A stretch of 61,006 nucleotides of DNA. Origin: Syntrophomonadaceae bacterium. Lineage in GTDB: Bacteria; Bacillota; Dethiobacteria; DTU022. Every line of letters begins with the position of its first letter. Within the stretch, counting starts at the first letter, position 1. The stretch spans positions 1 to 61,006 of the forward strand of contig SLRT01000060.1 of the NCBI GenBank assembly GCA_007130825.1. The letters run 5' to 3'. A model generated the notes under the pieces. It saw nothing but the letters and a program-made list of their open reading frames with translations, searched no databases and was not told the origin of the DNA. A program made the position numbers and the translations under genes. Positions 9,305 to 19,841 of the stretch are shown here, piece by piece.

Positions 9305-9864
9305 CATAAGTGGTGCAGTATTCTAGTTGGCGCTCCTTTTCGAAAACGGGCCTAAAAATCCGTTAAGGGCACATCGATGAAGTTCCTGGTGGTGGCCGCC
9401 GACGCCCAGTCGGGGGCTGCTGCTGGGAGTTAAGAAGGATGGGGCGATCTACAATGGCATGTAGGCGTTGACCCTGCCTTCGTGGAGACCCAATGTCCGT
9501 GGCGTATTGTTCACAAAAACAAAAGGTTACGGCTTGGGCATGAACCTGCATGCGGTGCGAAGCTGTGTGCAGTGTAGCCTGCCTTGAGTGGAAAGGGTGG
9601 AGGAGATTAATCTTTCTCTTAAACCCTTTCTGCAAAAGAGGCTAGGAAAGACAAGGCGCCAGGGAGGAAATCTCCTAGACTGCTCTCGAAGGAGAGGCAG
9701 GCCAGGGATTAAAGTGTGAGCTGAGTGGTAATCCAGCTCCGCCGGTGGTGACACGGCGGGGATAGTCTTAAAAGGGAACTGCCGGCTCGGCAACGAGAGG
9801 TGATTATCCGGGAAATCCTGCTGGACCTAAGCCGCAAAGTTTACCTGGCCTGTCACCACTTATG
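9305..9864 (+). ncRNA. ole: OLE (ornate, large, extremophilic) RNA
   Basis: Hallmark segments GTGCAGTATTCTAG, CTAAAAATCCG.TAAGGGCACATCGATGAAGTTCCTGGTG, GCTGGGAGTTAA, GTGCAGTGTAGCCTGCCTTGAGTG, GCAAAAGAGGCTA, CTCCTAGACTG. Closing 11-bp helix CATAAGTGGTG (9305) / CACCACTTATG (9854-9864). Canonical position between ispA and oapA. Confidence 0.95.
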
Positions 9865-9889
9865 TTTTTTTCTACAAAGGTGATATAAT

Positions 9890-10468
9890 TTGGCAGATAA
9901 AAGAAAAAGTCGTCGCCGGATCCGCTGGATATTTGTTATCTCAATTTGGACATTTTTTTTAGCTGTTGCGCTCAGCTTTTTATCACATTATTTTTTAAAT
10001 GAAATAGAGTCAATTGCCGCTTCTTTTTTGATTTTACTGCTGGTCGTTTTAATCGGGATTATTTTTGACCTGATCGGCACCGCGGCGGCGGCAGCTGATA
10101 TCGGGCCTTTAAACGCCAAGGCTGCCCGCAGGGTCAGCGGAGCAAAATGCGGAGTCAATCTAGTCAAAAATGCAGAGCGGGTTGCAACTTTTTGCAATGA
10201 TGTCGGCGGCGATATCAGCGGTATAATCAGCGGCACGCTGGTGACTGTAATCGTTTTCAAGCTGGTGGTGAACTTTTCTCATCATCAGGAAGAATTCTAT
10301 CTCGGTATCCTGCTGACCGCATTGATTGCCGCTTTGACAGTCGGAGGTAAAGCATGGGGTAAAATTATTGCGATCAATTATTCGACCGAAGTGATCCTTT
10401 TTGTCGGTTCGGTGATCACTAAACTGCTCCGACCGTTTGGCTGGGTTTATAAAAGTGGTAATAACTGA
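9890..10468 (+). CDS. oapA: OLE-associated membrane protein A
   Basis: 192 aa with ~4 TM helices. IGIIFD.IG.A...A, FCNDV.GDISGIISG and AALTVGGKA.GK motifs. Lies immediately downstream of OLE. Confidence 0.9.
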   Translation: MADKRKSRRRIRWIFVISIWTFFLAVALSFLSHYFLNEIESIAASFLILLLVVLIGIIFDLIGTAAAAADIGPLNAKAARRVSGAKCGVNLVKNAERVATFCNDVGGDISGIISGTLVTVIVFKLVVNFSHHQEEFYLGILLTALIAALTVGGKAWGKIIAINYSTEVILFVGSVITKLLRPFGWVYKSGNN

Positions 10469-10476
10469 GAGGTGGT

Positions 10477-12372
10477 ATGATGGAAGGTGTGCTCGGCGGT
10501 TTGAAACTGCCCGATGACTTAAAAGGCTTGGATGCGGATCAATTAAATGATGCTGCTTCTGAAATGCGTGAATATATGATTAAAACAGTGGCCGAAAACG
10601 GCGGCCACCTGGCGGCAAGCCTGGGGGTTGTCGAATTGGCCCTGGCTTTGCATAGTTATTACCACAGCCCGAAAGACCGCATTGTCTGGGATGTCGGTCA
10701 CCAGAGTTATCCGCACAAGTTACTGACCGGCCGGTGGAAACATTTTCCCACTTTACGCCAGTTCGAGGGTTTATGCGGTTTTCCAAAACCCGCTGAAAGT
10801 GAACATGACCCTTTTCTTACCGGTCACAGCAGCACTTCGATATCGGCGGCGCTCGGTCTGGCCCTGGCCCGCGATTATAACGGTGATGATTACAAGGTCA
10901 TCGCTGTTATCGGCGATGGCGCTTTAACCGGCGGCATGTCTTTTGAGGCCCTGAATCACGCCGGACATATCAAGGCCGACCTGCAGGTTATCCTTAATGA
11001 TAATGAAATGTCAATCAGTTCAAACGTGGGCAGCCTGTCCGCGTACCTGGGGCGCATCCGCTCCGATCCGAAATATTCCCGGCTGAAAAACGATTTCGAG
11101 AGTTTTGTCAGCCGTGTACCCTTGATCGGCAGCAAGGCTGTCGACTTTGCGGAAAGAATAAAGGGTGGCTTAAAATACATAGTCATGCCGGGGATGATTT
11201 TTGAAGAACTGGGGTTTACCTATTTCGGTCCGGTCGACGGGCATAATGTAACAGCAATCAAAAATATTCTCAAACAGGCCGATAAGATGAAAGGGCCGGT
11301 TTTGGTCCACGTGGTTACAGAAAAAGGGAAAGGTTATCATTATGCCGAGCGATCACCGGAAGTGTTTCATGGTATCGGTCCCTTTGACTTGAATAACGGC
11401 CTTCCGCTCAAAAAAAAGAAAGGTTCTTCCTATACTGAAATATTCGGACAGACCCTGATGCAGTTAGGCCGGCAAAACAATAAAGTGATGGCCATAACCG
11501 CCGCGATGACCGGCGGCACCGGCCTTGGGGCATTCGCCCGTGAATTTCCGGACCGGTTTTATGATGTCGGTATTGCCGAACAGCATGCGGTTACCCTTTC
11601 TGCCGGTTTAACTGCCGGGGGGATGCGGCCGGTCGTGGCTATCTACAGCACTTTTCTGCAGCGCGCCTACGACCAAATTTTACATGATATTTGTCTGCAA
11701 CACCTGCCTGTTGTTTTTGCGGTTGACCGGGCCGGCATAACCGGTGAAGATGGTGAAACCCACCAGGGGCTTTTTGACTTAAGTTTTCTGCGTAATATTC
11801 CGAACATGTCGATCATGGCCCCGGCCAATGAAGATGAACTGCAGCACATGCTGGTAACCGCACTGGATTATGACCGCGGCCCTGTTGCCGTGCGTTATCC
11901 CCGGGACAAGGGGGAAGGGGTGGAACTTGCTCAGCCGCACCCTATTCCCTGGGGCCGTGGTGAGTTGCTCAGGCCGGGCGAAGACTTATTGATTATTGCC
12001 GCCGGCACGGTGGTTAACTCTGCTGTGCAGGCTGCCGACCGGCTTTTTTGGCAGGGGATAAAAACAGCAGTAATCAATGCCCGGTTTGTTAAACCGCTTG
12101 ATGAGGAACTGATAATAAACTGGGCCCGGAAGTGCAGCCGCATAATTACTGTCGAAGAAAACGTTTTAGACGGTGGGTTCGGCAGCGGGATTTTGGAGTT
12201 ATTTGAAAAACAAGGCCTCTTTTTGCCGGTAAAGCGTTTGGGTATTAACGACCGGTTTGTTGAACACGGAACCAGATCAAAACTGCTTTCCTGCTACAAC
12301 CTTGATACCGAAGGTATTTATAATGAGGCCCTGGCTTTCGCCGGGGAAAAGGCCGTGAAAAATCAGAGTTGA
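10477..12372 (+). CDS. dxs: 1-deoxy-D-xylulose-5-phosphate synthase
   Basis: GGHLA.SLGVVEL, WDVGHQ.YPHK.LTGR, GHSSTSIS, IGDGALTGGM.FEALN, DVGIAEQHAV, YSTFLQRAYDQ. Confidence 0.97.
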   Translation: MMEGVLGGLKLPDDLKGLDADQLNDAASEMREYMIKTVAENGGHLAASLGVVELALALHSYYHSPKDRIVWDVGHQSYPHKLLTGRWKHFPTLRQFEGLCGFPKPAESEHDPFLTGHSSTSISAALGLALARDYNGDDYKVIAVIGDGALTGGMSFEALNHAGHIKADLQVILNDNEMSISSNVGSLSAYLGRIRSDPKYSRLKNDFESFVSRVPLIGSKAVDFAERIKGGLKYIVMPGMIFEELGFTYFGPVDGHNVTAIKNILKQADKMKGPVLVHVVTEKGKGYHYAERSPEVFHGIGPFDLNNGLPLKKKKGSSYTEIFGQTLMQLGRQNNKVMAITAAMTGGTGLGAFAREFPDRFYDVGIAEQHAVTLSAGLTAGGMRPVVAIYSTFLQRAYDQILHDICLQHLPVVFAVDRAGITGEDGETHQGLFDLSFLRNIPNMSIMAPANEDELQHMLVTALDYDRGPVAVRYPRDKGEGVELAQPHPIPWGRGELLRPGEDLLIIAAGTVVNSAVQAADRLFWQGIKTAVINARFVKPLDEELIINWARKCSRIITVEENVLDGGFGSGILELFEKQGLFLPVKRLGINDRFVEHGTRSKLLSCYNLDTEGIYNEALAFAGEKAVKNQS

Positions 12373-13205
12373 AACGGACCGGGCAAAAACACCGCCTTGA
12401 TCAACTCCTGCACAGGCGCTATCCGGAATTGAGCCGCAGCCGTGTGCAATCAGAAATCATGGCCGGAAATGTGCTGGTCGACGGCTCCAGCTGCGATAAG
12501 CCGGGTACCCTGGTGTCAGAAAATGCCGCAGTACAGCTTTTAGAGCCCGACAATCCGTATGTTAGCCGCGGCGGCCTGAAGCTGGAAGGCGCTTTGTTTG
12601 ACCTTTCAATCGCGGTCAAAGATCTTGTTGTCCTCGATGTCGGTGCTTCGACCGGCGGTTTTACCGATTGCCTGTTAAAAAAAGGGGCCGGACTGGTTTA
12701 TGCCCTGGATGTGGGTTACGGGCAGCTTGATTTTAGCCTGCGTAACAACCCCAGGGTTGTGCTTATGGAGCGCTTTAATGTTCGCCGGCTCAAAACACAT
12801 GATATTCCAACCGTGCCGGATCTGGCCGTAGTTGATGTTTCTTTTATTTCACTGGCCAAGGTTTTACCGGTTCTCGGCCAGTTGAAAGTTACGTCTGTCC
12901 TGGCGCTGGTTAAGCCGCAATTTGAAGCAGGCCGCCGGGAGGCGGGGAAAGGCAAAGGGGTAATCCGCGATCCGGACCTGCACCGCAGGGTGTTAACGGA
13001 AAATGTGGCCGCAGCTTTGGAAATTGGTTATTACTGCCGGGGAATGACTTTTTCAAAATACCCCGGTCCTAAAGGCAACCTGGAATTTTTTATATATTAT
13101 GCCGACCAGAAAAAAGAACCAGGGTTTTGTCAACATGACTATACTGCAGAGGCAGCCCGGGTTGTCGAGCAGGCCCATAGTTTACTTTTAAAGGAGAAAA
13201 AGTAG
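12369..13205 (+). CDS. tlyA: TlyA family rRNA 2'-O-methyltransferase (S4 + MTase)
   Basis: RLD.LL, YVSRGGLKL, LDVGASTGGFTDCLL..GA..VYALDVGYGQL, DVSFISL, LVKPQFEAG, GN.EF. Confidence 0.93.
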   Translation: MKRTGQKHRLDQLLHRRYPELSRSRVQSEIMAGNVLVDGSSCDKPGTLVSENAAVQLLEPDNPYVSRGGLKLEGALFDLSIAVKDLVVLDVGASTGGFTDCLLKKGAGLVYALDVGYGQLDFSLRNNPRVVLMERFNVRRLKTHDIPTVPDLAVVDVSFISLAKVLPVLGQLKVTSVLALVKPQFEAGRREAGKGKGVIRDPDLHRRVLTENVAAALEIGYYCRGMTFSKYPGPKGNLEFFIYYADQKKEPGFCQHDYTAEAARVVEQAHSLLLKEKK

Positions 13206-13213
13206 GCTGTTAA

Positions 13214-13242
13214 GAAGGATATCCGGCTGAAGCGAAGAATCT
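13214..13242 (+). promoter_or_regulatory. SigH-like promoter upstream of nadK
   Basis: GAAGGATAT-11 nt-GAAGAATCT. Confidence 0.5.
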
Positions 13243-13281
13243 ACGGATACGTTCGGCTGAAGGAGGACAACGATTAACCGG

Positions 13282-14133
13282 ATGAAGGATCTAGGAATAA
13301 TTCCCAACTGGCATAAGCATAATACCGCCCTGGTTGTTGATAAAATAAAATCTTTTTTTCAGCAGCGCCGCATTCCCCTGCGAATCGTCGCCGGTGACCA
13401 GGCTGATTTTTACAGCGGTGTATCTCTTGCCGAGCAGCTTTCCGGACTGTACGATAAACTGGCAATGATTATTGTCGTCGGCGGTGACGGCACTATTCTC
13501 CGGGTAGCCCGGGATCTTGCCGATTGGAATTTGCCTGTTTTGGGGATAAATCTTGGGCACAAGGGTTTCCTGGCCGAGATTGAAGTCGAGCAGATGGAAC
13601 GCTTTCTGCAGTATATCGCCACGGAACAATATGATTTTCAGGAGCGGATGATGCTGGAAGCGCTTTTGTACCGTAAAGAAAAGCAACTTGGTTCTTACCT
13701 GGCCCTAAACGATATTGTCGTGGCCAGGGGACCGTTTTCCCGCAATATAAAAGTGGATTCATTTATCAATAACGATTTTATGGAAAGTTATTCCGGGGAC
13801 GGCGTGATTATCGCCACTCCCACCGGTTCAACCGCTTATTCGCTTTCTGCCGGCGGCCCGATCGTTAATCCGATCATGGAACTGTTTGTAATTACTCCCA
13901 TTTGTCCGCACAGCCTCTATAATCGTTCGGTGATCATTAGCGGGACTGATACGATGAGTTTAAGGGTCGATTCCCGGCAGGTCGAGGTTGTTTTGACGGT
14001 TGACGGTCAGGTGCGTTTTACTCTTGAAAGTGATGATCAGATCATCGTTCGCCGGGCGGAACAAAAGGTCAAGCTGGTTTGTTTCCATGAAAACTCCTTT
14101 TACCGTTTACTGCATCAAAAATTAAAGGCTTAA
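13282..14133 (+). CDS. nadK: NAD(+) kinase
   Basis: GGDGT, GINLG..GFL, ALND, DG.I..TPTGSTAYSLSAGGPI, TPICPH. Confidence 0.96.
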   Translation: MKDLGIIPNWHKHNTALVVDKIKSFFQQRRIPLRIVAGDQADFYSGVSLAEQLSGLYDKLAMIIVVGGDGTILRVARDLADWNLPVLGINLGHKGFLAEIEVEQMERFLQYIATEQYDFQERMMLEALLYRKEKQLGSYLALNDIVVARGPFSRNIKVDSFINNDFMESYSGDGVIIATPTGSTAYSLSAGGPIVNPIMELFVITPICPHSLYNRSVIISGTDTMSLRVDSRQVEVVLTVDGQVRFTLESDDQIIVRRAEQKVKLVCFHENSFYRLLHQKLKA

Positions 14134-14155
14134 TTTTCGCGGGAGGCACGAGTGA

Positions 14156-15868
14156 ATGCTTTTTGAACTGCGGGTATCCAACTTCGCCTTGATCGAAGAT
14201 CTTAACTTTAATTTTAATCCCGGTTTAAATATTCTAAGCGGTGAAACCGGAGCCGGTAAATCCATTGTGATTGGAGCGATAAACCTGCTTCTGGGCGAAC
14301 GGGCTGCCGTGGAGCAAATTCGCCAGGGCAAAGATTCCGCTTACGTCGAAGGCGTCGTCGGCTATAATTCCCTGCAGCAAAGTGAAATAGACAGCCTGCT
14401 GGAAAAGGCCGAAATAGAAAAGAATGACGAACTGATTATTGCCCGGGAGCTTTATCGCAACGGGCGCAGTGTGGCCCGGGTCAATGGCCGGGCAGTTCCG
14501 GCTTCATTTTTAAAGGAAATAGGCAAATACCTGGTCGATCTGCACGGGCAGCATCAGCACCAGTCTCTTTTGCGTCCGGAAAAACATCTCGAACTGCTTG
14601 ATTCCTTTGGCGATGAAAGAATCGGCGACTCCCGCGACAGGGTGGAAAAACTGTACAAGAAGAGGCAGGATTTAAAAAAAGAGCTTTCCACACTGGGCAG
14701 CAACAGCGCTGAGCGTGAGAGACGCCTGGATGTTTACGCGTTCCAGTTTAATGAAATAAATAATGCGTCACTGCAGCCGGGCGAGGATGAAGAGCTGAAA
14801 AGGCGGGAAAAAGTACTTGCCAATGCGGAAAAAATATGGAGCATCACAGCCGAAGTTTACGCTGATATCTATAGCGGCAGCGATGACGGTTTGGCCACAG
14901 CGATCATTGACCGCCTTAATAAATCGCGAAGCCTGCTGGCTGAAGTGGTAAATATTGATCAAAACCTCGCTCCATTACTGGATCTGCTGGAAAGCACTTC
15001 CGCGCAGTTGGACGACGTATCTCACGAGCTGCGTGATTATCAATCCAAACTGGAATTTGATCCCTCGGAGCTGACCATGATCCAGGATCGCCTCAATTTG
15101 ATCAATAGTTTGAAACGAAAATATGGTTCTACGATTGAAGAAGTCATGAATTTCGCCGGACAGATTGAAGAAGAGATGGAGCGGCTGCAAAACAGCGAAG
15201 CGATGGCTGAAAAGCTGGAGCAGGAAATTGATGCAGTTGAAACAAGTCTTGGCGAAGAGTGTCTGCGTTTGCGCGGCCTGCGCCGGGAAACAGCGAAAAC
15301 CCTGGAAGGGCTGCTGGAAGATTGTTTGCAGGAACTGGCCCTGCCCAATGCCCGGTTCGCGGTCAGTTTTACTGAAAAAGAAGAGTTTTCCCCGAAAGGG
15401 ATGGACCAGGTAGAGTTTCTTTTCAGCGCAAACCGGGGTGAAGAGGTTAAACCGCTGGCAAAAATAATTTCCGGTGGAGAGGTTTCACGGGTAATGCTCG
15501 CTTTGAAAACCATCCTGGCCCGCCAGGATCTTATCCCGACCCTGATATTTGATGAGGTCGATGCCGGCATAGGAGGAACGACAGTCCAGGCTGTGGCTGA
15601 AAAACTGGCCCAGCTGTCCGGACACCACCAGGTTATGTGTGTCACTCACAGCCCGCAGATCGCCGCCATGGCTGATTGTCATTACAGCCTGTACAAGGAA
15701 ACCGTCGCTGATCGGACTTTAACCAAATCTGCGCTGTTATCTGCAGAAGAAAGGCGGGAAGAACTGGCGCGTATGCTTGACGGGGCGGGAATCGACCAGG
15801 TCAGCCTCAAGCATGTCGATAATGTCTTGGAAAGGGCCAGGCAATTTAAGGAAAAATCAGCCGGCTGA
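14156..15868 (+). CDS. recN: DNA repair protein RecN
   Basis: GETGAGKS Walker A, HGQHQHQ.LL, long coiled coil, SGGE.SR.MLALK, FDEVDAG, CVTH.PQIAA. Confidence 0.96.
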   Translation: MLFELRVSNFALIEDLNFNFNPGLNILSGETGAGKSIVIGAINLLLGERAAVEQIRQGKDSAYVEGVVGYNSLQQSEIDSLLEKAEIEKNDELIIARELYRNGRSVARVNGRAVPASFLKEIGKYLVDLHGQHQHQSLLRPEKHLELLDSFGDERIGDSRDRVEKLYKKRQDLKKELSTLGSNSAERERRLDVYAFQFNEINNASLQPGEDEELKRREKVLANAEKIWSITAEVYADIYSGSDDGLATAIIDRLNKSRSLLAEVVNIDQNLAPLLDLLESTSAQLDDVSHELRDYQSKLEFDPSELTMIQDRLNLINSLKRKYGSTIEEVMNFAGQIEEEMERLQNSEAMAEKLEQEIDAVETSLGEECLRLRGLRRETAKTLEGLLEDCLQELALPNARFAVSFTEKEEFSPKGMDQVEFLFSANRGEEVKPLAKIISGGEVSRVMLALKTILARQDLIPTLIFDEVDAGIGGTTVQAVAEKLAQLSGHHQVMCVTHSPQIAAMADCHYSLYKETVADRTLTKSALLSAEERREELARMLDGAGIDQVSLKHVDNVLERARQFKEKSAG

Positions 15869-15897
15869 TAGCCCGGTAACCCGGGGGAGGGTTTGCA

Positions 15898-18024
15898 ATG
15901 CGGCTTGAAAATATGATGACCAGTGATTTTGCCACGTTGCGACCAGATAACAGCCTGCGGTGTGCGCTTCAACGGCTGCGCAACAGCCGGCGTGACGGTT
16001 TGCCTGTGTTGAACGGAGACGGCTCGCTGGCCGGGATTTTTACCAAGACGAACCTTTATGATGCCCTGCTTAAAGACAGCAGCCTGGATCAACCGGTCGA
16101 GCCGTTTTTCAACCGTAATGTGGTCAAAATAGCCAAAGATCTTACATATGATCAAGTAATCGATGCTGTCCACCGGATTCCGGTTGGAACCGGAGTAGTC
16201 GTCGATAAAAACGGCATGGCAGTAGGCCTGTTTACCAAGGTGGAACTGATCACATCGTTGTTTAAGGAAGAAAGAATGCTTAATACCAGGTTGAAAGCGA
16301 TGTATCAGGCTATGCACAATGCTTTGATTTCAGTTAACGAAGAAGCCCGGATCAACTTTATAAACCGAGCGGCGGAACAGCTTTTTGACATTAAATACAG
16401 GCAGGTAAAAAATCGGCTGCTCGGGGAAGTTTTACCCGGACTGGATATGGATGCAGTCCTTGGCCGGGGACTGGTCGAGATCGGGGTTAATTATACTACC
16501 GGCAAAGCAACAACCATGGTGAATAAAACGCCGCTTGTTGATAATAAGCGGGTGGTCGGCGCGATCGCAATATTTCAGGACATTACCGACCTGGAATCGA
16601 TTGCGCAAGAAATGGAGACGGTAAAAAGGCTCAACCAGACCTTGCGAGCGGTGCTGGATATCGGCTATGACGCCCTGGTGGTCGTCAATGAAGAGGGTCT
16701 GGTTGTCCTGGTCAATAGCATTTTTTTGGATTTTGTCCGGCTTAAACAAAAAGCGGTAATTTACCGGCCGATCAGCGAAGTGCTTGAAAACAGCCGGCTG
16801 CATATCGTGGCCAAGACCGGTATTCCCGAGCTTAATGACATTCAGTTTATCGGCGGCAAACCGTACGTGGTTTCAAATCTGCCGATTGTCAGGGAGGGGC
16901 AGATTATCGGCGCTGTCGGTAAAATAAGTTTCCGCCGTGTCGAAGAACTGCGCGACCTGGCCCAAAAGCTGGAAGCTATGGACAGCAGACTGACCCACTT
17001 CCAGGAAGAGTTAAAAAAAGCGCGGTTCAGGCAGCGTCCTTATCGTTTTGCAGATATTATTACCCTTAACCAGGCCACACAGGACGTAATCCAGGAAGCC
17101 AGGCAGGCGGCACAGGGCCTTTCAACAGTCCTGGTCAGCGGCGAAAGCGGTGTCGGTAAAGAATTGGTGGCCCAGGCCATCCATCAGTCCAGCCCGCGCT
17201 GCGATGCTCCTTTTGTCAAGGTAAACTGTGCCGCGATTCCCGAAAATCTCCTTGAATCGGAATTTTTCGGCTATGTGCAGGGAGCATTTACCGGCGCTCA
17301 GCCGGGAGGCAAACAGGGCCTGCTTGATATGGCCGATGAAGGGACGCTTTTTCTTGATGAAATCGGCGACATGCCCCTGTCGCTCCAGGGTAAATTGCTA
17401 AGGGTTTTGCAGGATCAGACCTTTGAACGGGTTGGCGGAACCTCGACGATAAAAGTGGACATCCGCTTTATCGCCGTAACTAATCAGGACCTTGAACAAA
17501 AAGTCAGGGAAGGCTATTTTCGCCGGGATCTTTTTTATCGCCTGAATGTGATCGCGATTCATATCCCGCCGCTGCGGGAACGCCTGGAAGACATACTGCC
17601 CTTGGTTCATGCTTTTTTTCGTAAATACAACGATATTTTCGGTATGCAGGTCAGCGATATTTCATCCGAAGCTCTCGCGGCCTTTCGCGCCTATTCGTGG
17701 CCCGGAAATGTGCGGGAACTGGAAAATGTTGTCGAACGGGCCATGAATTTTACCAACGAAAATATAATTGCGATCGAACACTTGCCGCCGCATTTGCGCC
17801 GCGGCGGGACCGGACAAAAGCTTCAGGAAAACAGTAAAGCAGCAGGAGAAGGAAGGGTTGAAAAAACAATCCCTGCTTTCCGTTTTAAACGTGAAGAGCT
17901 GGAACGTGATACGATTCTTGCGGCCCTGCAGCAGAGCGGCGGAAACAAGAGCGAGGCCGCCCGTTATCTTGGTATGAGCCGCTCATGGCTTTATGAAAAA
18001 ATCAATCGGCTTGGCATCAAATAA
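15898..18024 (+). CDS. Sigma-54-dependent activator with CBS pair, two PAS domains, AAA+ and Fis HTH
   Basis: N-terminal CBS repeats, [61 protein letters not shown]. Confidence 0.9.
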   Translation: MRLENMMTSDFATLRPDNSLRCALQRLRNSRRDGLPVLNGDGSLAGIFTKTNLYDALLKDSSLDQPVEPFFNRNVVKIAKDLTYDQVIDAVHRIPVGTGVVVDKNGMAVGLFTKVELITSLFKEERMLNTRLKAMYQAMHNALISVNEEARINFINRAAEQLFDIKYRQVKNRLLGEVLPGLDMDAVLGRGLVEIGVNYTTGKATTMVNKTPLVDNKRVVGAIAIFQDITDLESIAQEMETVKRLNQTLRAVLDIGYDALVVVNEEGLVVLVNSIFLDFVRLKQKAVIYRPISEVLENSRLHIVAKTGIPELNDIQFIGGKPYVVSNLPIVREGQIIGAVGKISFRRVEELRDLAQKLEAMDSRLTHFQEELKKARFRQRPYRFADIITLNQATQDVIQEARQAAQGLSTVLVSGESGVGKELVAQAIHQSSPRCDAPFVKVNCAAIPENLLESEFFGYVQGAFTGAQPGGKQGLLDMADEGTLFLDEIGDMPLSLQGKLLRVLQDQTFERVGGTSTIKVDIRFIAVTNQDLEQKVREGYFRRDLFYRLNVIAIHIPPLRERLEDILPLVHAFFRKYNDIFGMQVSDISSEALAAFRAYSWPGNVRELENVVERAMNFTNENIIAIEHLPPHLRRGGTGQKLQENSKAAGEGRVEKTIPAFRFKREELERDTILAALQQSGGNKSEAARYLGMSRSWLYEKINRLGIK

Positions 18025-18039
18025 CCGGGAGGACATGAC

Positions 18040-19185
18040 ATGGATTTTGAGCTGACCACGGAGCAATTAAACATGCAGCAAATGGCCCGCGAATATGTGG
18101 AAAAAGAAGTAATTCCGGTAGCCGCGGAATGTGACGAAAAAGAGGAAATGCCGGTTGAACTTGTCCGCCGGATGGTTGCCGAAGGTTTTTCGACCATTGC
18201 TATCCCGGAAGAGTATGGCGGAGCCGGCATGGATGACGTCACTCTTTGCCTGGTTAACGAAGAACTTGGCCGTGGCTGTGCCGGTATCGGCACCGGGGTG
18301 GGTGCTAATTCGCTGGCAGCTTTACCCATCCTGTTGGCCGGAAGTGAAGAACAGAAAAATAAATACCTGAATGATATTTGCAGCGGCAAACTGGCTTCGT
18401 TTTGCTTAACCGAGCCGAACGCCGGATCAGACGTAAGTTCAATATCAACCACAGCCATTAAAAACGGTTCCGAATATGTTATTAATGGTAGTAAATGCTT
18501 TATCACAAATGGGACCTATGCCGATTATTATGTCGTCTTTGCCCTGATTAATCCCCAAAGGGGAGCGCGGTCGCTTACCCCTTTTGTGGTGGAAAAAGGG
18601 ACCGACGGGTTAGATGCAAGCAGAAAAGAGCGGAAAATGGGCATTCGCGCCAGTAACACCGCGGAAGTCGTTTTCAATGAAGTACGCGTTCCTGAAGAAA
18701 ACATGTTAGGTAAAGAAAGCGGCGGTTTTAGAACCGCAATGGAAACATTTGATATATCCAGGCCGATGATTGCCGCACTGGCCGTAGGTCTGGCCCGGGC
18801 TGCTTACGAGGCTGCAGCGCAGTATGCCCGGCAAAGGGTCCAGTTTGGCAAACCGATAATCCAGCAGCAGGCAATCCAGTTTATGCTGGCTGACATGGCC
18901 ATGGAAATTGAAGCGGCACGCTTTCTTTATCTGCGGTCGGCCGGGATGGTCGGTAAAAAAGATAAGCGGATTTCTGCTTTTTCGGCAATGTCTAAAGCAT
19001 ATGCCGGGGATATGGCCATGCGGGTGACAGTCGACGCCTTGCAGATCCTTGGCGGCTACGGCTATACCAGGGAATACCCCCTGGAAAAGTATATGCGTGA
19101 TGCTAAGATTATGCAGATTTATGAAGGAACCAGCCAAATTCAAAGATTGATCATCGCCAACAGCATTATTGGCGGTAAACTTTAA
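18040..19185 (+). CDS. Acyl-CoA dehydrogenase (butyryl-CoA dehydrogenase-like)
   Basis: IPEEYGG.G, FCLTEPNAGSD, NGSKCFITNG, KMGIRAS, R.QFGKPI, QILGGYGY..EYP.EKYMRDAKI.QIYEGT. Confidence 0.93.
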   Translation: MDFELTTEQLNMQQMAREYVEKEVIPVAAECDEKEEMPVELVRRMVAEGFSTIAIPEEYGGAGMDDVTLCLVNEELGRGCAGIGTGVGANSLAALPILLAGSEEQKNKYLNDICSGKLASFCLTEPNAGSDVSSISTTAIKNGSEYVINGSKCFITNGTYADYYVVFALINPQRGARSLTPFVVEKGTDGLDASRKERKMGIRASNTAEVVFNEVRVPEENMLGKESGGFRTAMETFDISRPMIAALAVGLARAAYEAAAQYARQRVQFGKPIIQQQAIQFMLADMAMEIEAARFLYLRSAGMVGKKDKRISAFSAMSKAYAGDMAMRVTVDALQILGGYGYTREYPLEKYMRDAKIMQIYEGTSQIQRLIIANSIIGGKL

Positions 19186-19198
19186 CTGCGGGGTGTTA

Positions 19199-19756
19199 AT
19201 GATTAAAAAACAACTTCAGGAGCACACATTATCCACCAGTTATCTCTACCGGGGCAAGATAATTAATGTGCGCCAGGACCGGGTAAAAGACTACCGGGAT
19301 AAAGTAGCTTTTCGCGAAGTGGTCGAACACCCGGGCGCGGTTGCTATCCTGGTCATTAACGAACAAAAGGAAATCATTTTAGTCAGGCAGCATCGGCAGC
19401 CGGCCGGAGAAATCCTTCTTGAAATACCGGCCGGTAAAATTGAGCCGGATGAAGATCCGATTGCCTGCGCCCGGCGGGAACTGCTTGAAGAAACCGGGTT
19501 GAAAGCGGCCAGGTGGAAAGAGCTGGTCTGTTTTTACCCGTCACCGGGATTTTGCGATGAAAAGATACGTCTTTACCAGGCCGAAGAGCTGACCACGGCT
19601 GTTTCACCTACCGCCGATCCTGATGAAAATATCTCAGAAGTGAGCATACCTTTACCTGAGGCGGGGAAGATGATATCAGACGGGCGGATTAAAGACGGCA
19701 AAACAATTATCGCCATCCAATTTGCCATGCTTACCGGGGAGCGTACTTGCGAATAA
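19199..19756 (+). CDS. nudF: ADP-ribose pyrophosphatase (Nudix)
   Basis: REVVEHPGAVA, LEIPAGK......ARREL.EETG, SPGF.DE, I.DGKT. Position upstream of xerD. Confidence 0.85.
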   Translation: MIKKQLQEHTLSTSYLYRGKIINVRQDRVKDYRDKVAFREVVEHPGAVAILVINEQKEIILVRQHRQPAGEILLEIPAGKIEPDEDPIACARRELLEETGLKAARWKELVCFYPSPGFCDEKIRLYQAEELTTAVSPTADPDENISEVSIPLPEAGKMISDGRIKDGKTIIAIQFAMLTGERTCE

Positions 19757-19779
19757 ATTGCAACTTTTATAAATATTTA

Positions 19780-19808
19780 GCAGGTTTTTTCGCAGCGCTG
19801 TTGAACTA
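19780..19808 (+). promoter_or_regulatory. SigH-like promoter upstream of xerD
   Basis: GCAGGTTTT-11 nt-GTTGAACTA, overlapping a TATAAT. Confidence 0.4.
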
Positions 19809-19841
19809 TAATATATATTTTGATGTGAGGATTATGCCGTA

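Noticed and set aside
9363-9793. Two minus-strand ORFs (90 and 88 aa) in the ispA-oapA gap
   Set aside because: They are antisense to the OLE RNA, with no RBS or protein-like features.
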